Shown here: in pieces, positions 63,175 through 64,000 of the stretch
Layout: each line of letters starts with the position of its first letter
Numbering within the stretch: position 1 is the stretch's first letter
Assembly: GCA_009837355.1 (NCBI GenBank)
Contig: VXTR01000056.1
Location: 589 to 64,588, forward strand
DNA from: Chloroflexota bacterium
Lineage (GTDB): Bacteria; Chloroflexota; Dehalococcoidia; Lucifugimonadales; UBA3495
Length of the DNA stretch: 64,000 nucleotides
Direction of reading: 5' to 3'
The notes under the pieces: model-generated
The model's input: only the letters and a program-made list of their open reading frames with translations
The model's database searches: none
Told to the model about the DNA's origin: nothing
Made by a program: the position numbers and the translations under genes

Positions 63175-64000
63175 CTAGACCGTCAGCGGCGTGTCGTCCC
63201 GGTTGGCCCACTCTCCCATGGATGCGTCGTAGTTCCTGGCGTTCTCGAAGCCGACCAGGCGGAGTACGAAGTTGCCGTGCGCCGCACGGATGCCGGCCTG
63301 TCAATAGGAGTAGGCGGTCTTGTCCGGCGTGATGCCGTGCTCGGTGAGGATTTGCCGGATTTCCGCGGCGGGCTTGAACTCGTGGGTGTTGCGGTCCATC
63401 AGGTGGAACCATTCCAGGTGCACCGCGCCGGGGACGTGGCCGATGCGCTGGTTGCGGTAGTTCGCCGCGGTGCCGTCCCATTCGGCGTCGCTGCGCACGT
63501 CCCACACCACGACGTTATCCCGTACTCCGTCCAATGAACAGGCGGACTTCAGCTCGTCGCCGGTGGCGATGTAGGACTGGTCGGCGCGGGGGGTGAAGGT
63601 AACGGACGCCGGCGGACGGGGCCGGCCGAAGTCGATGGGCTGTCCGGCGTTGACCCAGGCGCGCCAGCCGCCGTTGAGCACCTTGACGTTGCGATGGCCG
63701 TAGTAGCTGAACACCCACCACATCCGGGCGGCGGTGAGACCCTGGGCGTGGTCGTAGGTTACGACGGTGGTATCGTCGCCGACGCCCAGGCTTTCGGCAT
63801 ACGCCTTGAACTGCTCCGGCGTCATCACGTGCTGCCGGTCGTCGGGGTTCTTGGCCCAGTTGTCGGGCACGTGGGCCGCGCCGGGGACGTGGCCCCGCTG
63901 CCAGGCGTCGGCGGTGTTGGCGCAATCCAGGACGACGACGTTGGGGTCATCCAGATGAGCGGCGACCCAGGCCGGGTCGGTGAGGTATTCGGGGTGTGCG
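63175..64000 (-). CDS. two-domain rhodanese / thiosulfate sulfurtransferase (CysA/SseA-like) with in-frame TGA at the catalytic Cys codon; 5' end off the window
   Basis: The frame is open from nt 63999 (..AHLDDPNVVVLDC..GHVPGAAHVPDNW..) to SY-[TGA 63303..63301]. It then continues in frame as QAGIRAAHGNFVLRLVGFENARNYDASMGEWANRDDTPLTV to TAG 63177..63175. That matches the Y-C-x-x-G-x-R active-site loop and C-terminus of Cys homologs. Confidence 0.7.
63256..63300 (-). promoter_or_regulatory. SECIS-like stem-loop immediately 3' of the in-frame UGA
   Basis: On the mRNA, UGA is followed by CAGGC(C)GG-CAU-CCGUGC-GGC-GCACGG-CAACUUCGUACU-CC-GCCUG. The upper stem is 6 bp, the apical loop is GGC beginning 18 nt after the UGA, and the lower stem is 5+2 bp. 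Confidence 0.4.

Noticed and set aside
63175-63300. Treating the 41 codons after the rhodanese TGA as a separate small gene, or as untranslated spacer.
   Set aside because: There is no start codon or SD. The peptide continues the rhodanese active-site loop and C-terminal motifs in the same frame. I kept it as one gene, either a Sec candidate or a fresh pseudogene.
61368-63332. 654-aa plus-strand ORF spanning the DASS transporter, the thermonuclease and part of the rhodanese region.
   Set aside because: It is Arg/Pro/Gly/His-rich junk in an alternative frame. It overlaps three genes that have clear family features.

Overview
This is a GC-rich bacterial chromosomal segment of about 64 kb with dense coding on both strands. 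I saw no rRNA genes, CRISPR arrays, transposases or integrases.

**Housekeeping content**
- lepA
- dnaX-ybaB-recR and uvrC
- argH-rpe, rpmB
- A tRNA(Thr-Tyr-Thr)-tuf-rpmG-secE-nusG-rplKAJL cluster
- lepB, prs, relA/spoT

**Accessory catabolic and transport content**
- Two luciferase-like monooxygenases
- Two amidase modules, each with a tiny upstream subunit-like ORF
- Enzymes: cyclase, amidohydrolase, aldehyde dehydrogenase, SDR, PQQ-dependent dehydrogenase
- Transporters: tandem MFS, SulP, SSS, DASS and RND
- An aprBA adenylylsulfate reductase pair

The gene mix resembles marine Chloroflexota (SAR202-like). That is inference only.

**Most notable observations**
1. A two-domain rhodanese at the right edge has an in-frame TGA exactly at the catalytic-cysteine codon. 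A SECIS-like stem-loop follows it and the downstream frame stays intact. It is either a selenocysteine sulfurtransferase or a very recent pseudogene.
2. An A/T-richer islet carries an orphan DGQHR (DndB/DpdB-like) gene under a near-consensus promoter.
3. A HEPN-MNT toxin-antitoxin pair sits inside a metabolic gene string.
4. aprBA has none of its usual partner genes in the window.
5. Two genes below the ORF-track cutoff were found (rpmG and a 59-aa amidase-coupled ORF), along with one frameshifted binding-protein gene.
6. Several families of short GC-rich intergenic hairpins or repeats lie just 3' of stop codons.

All calls come from reading the translations and the DNA by eye. No searches were run.
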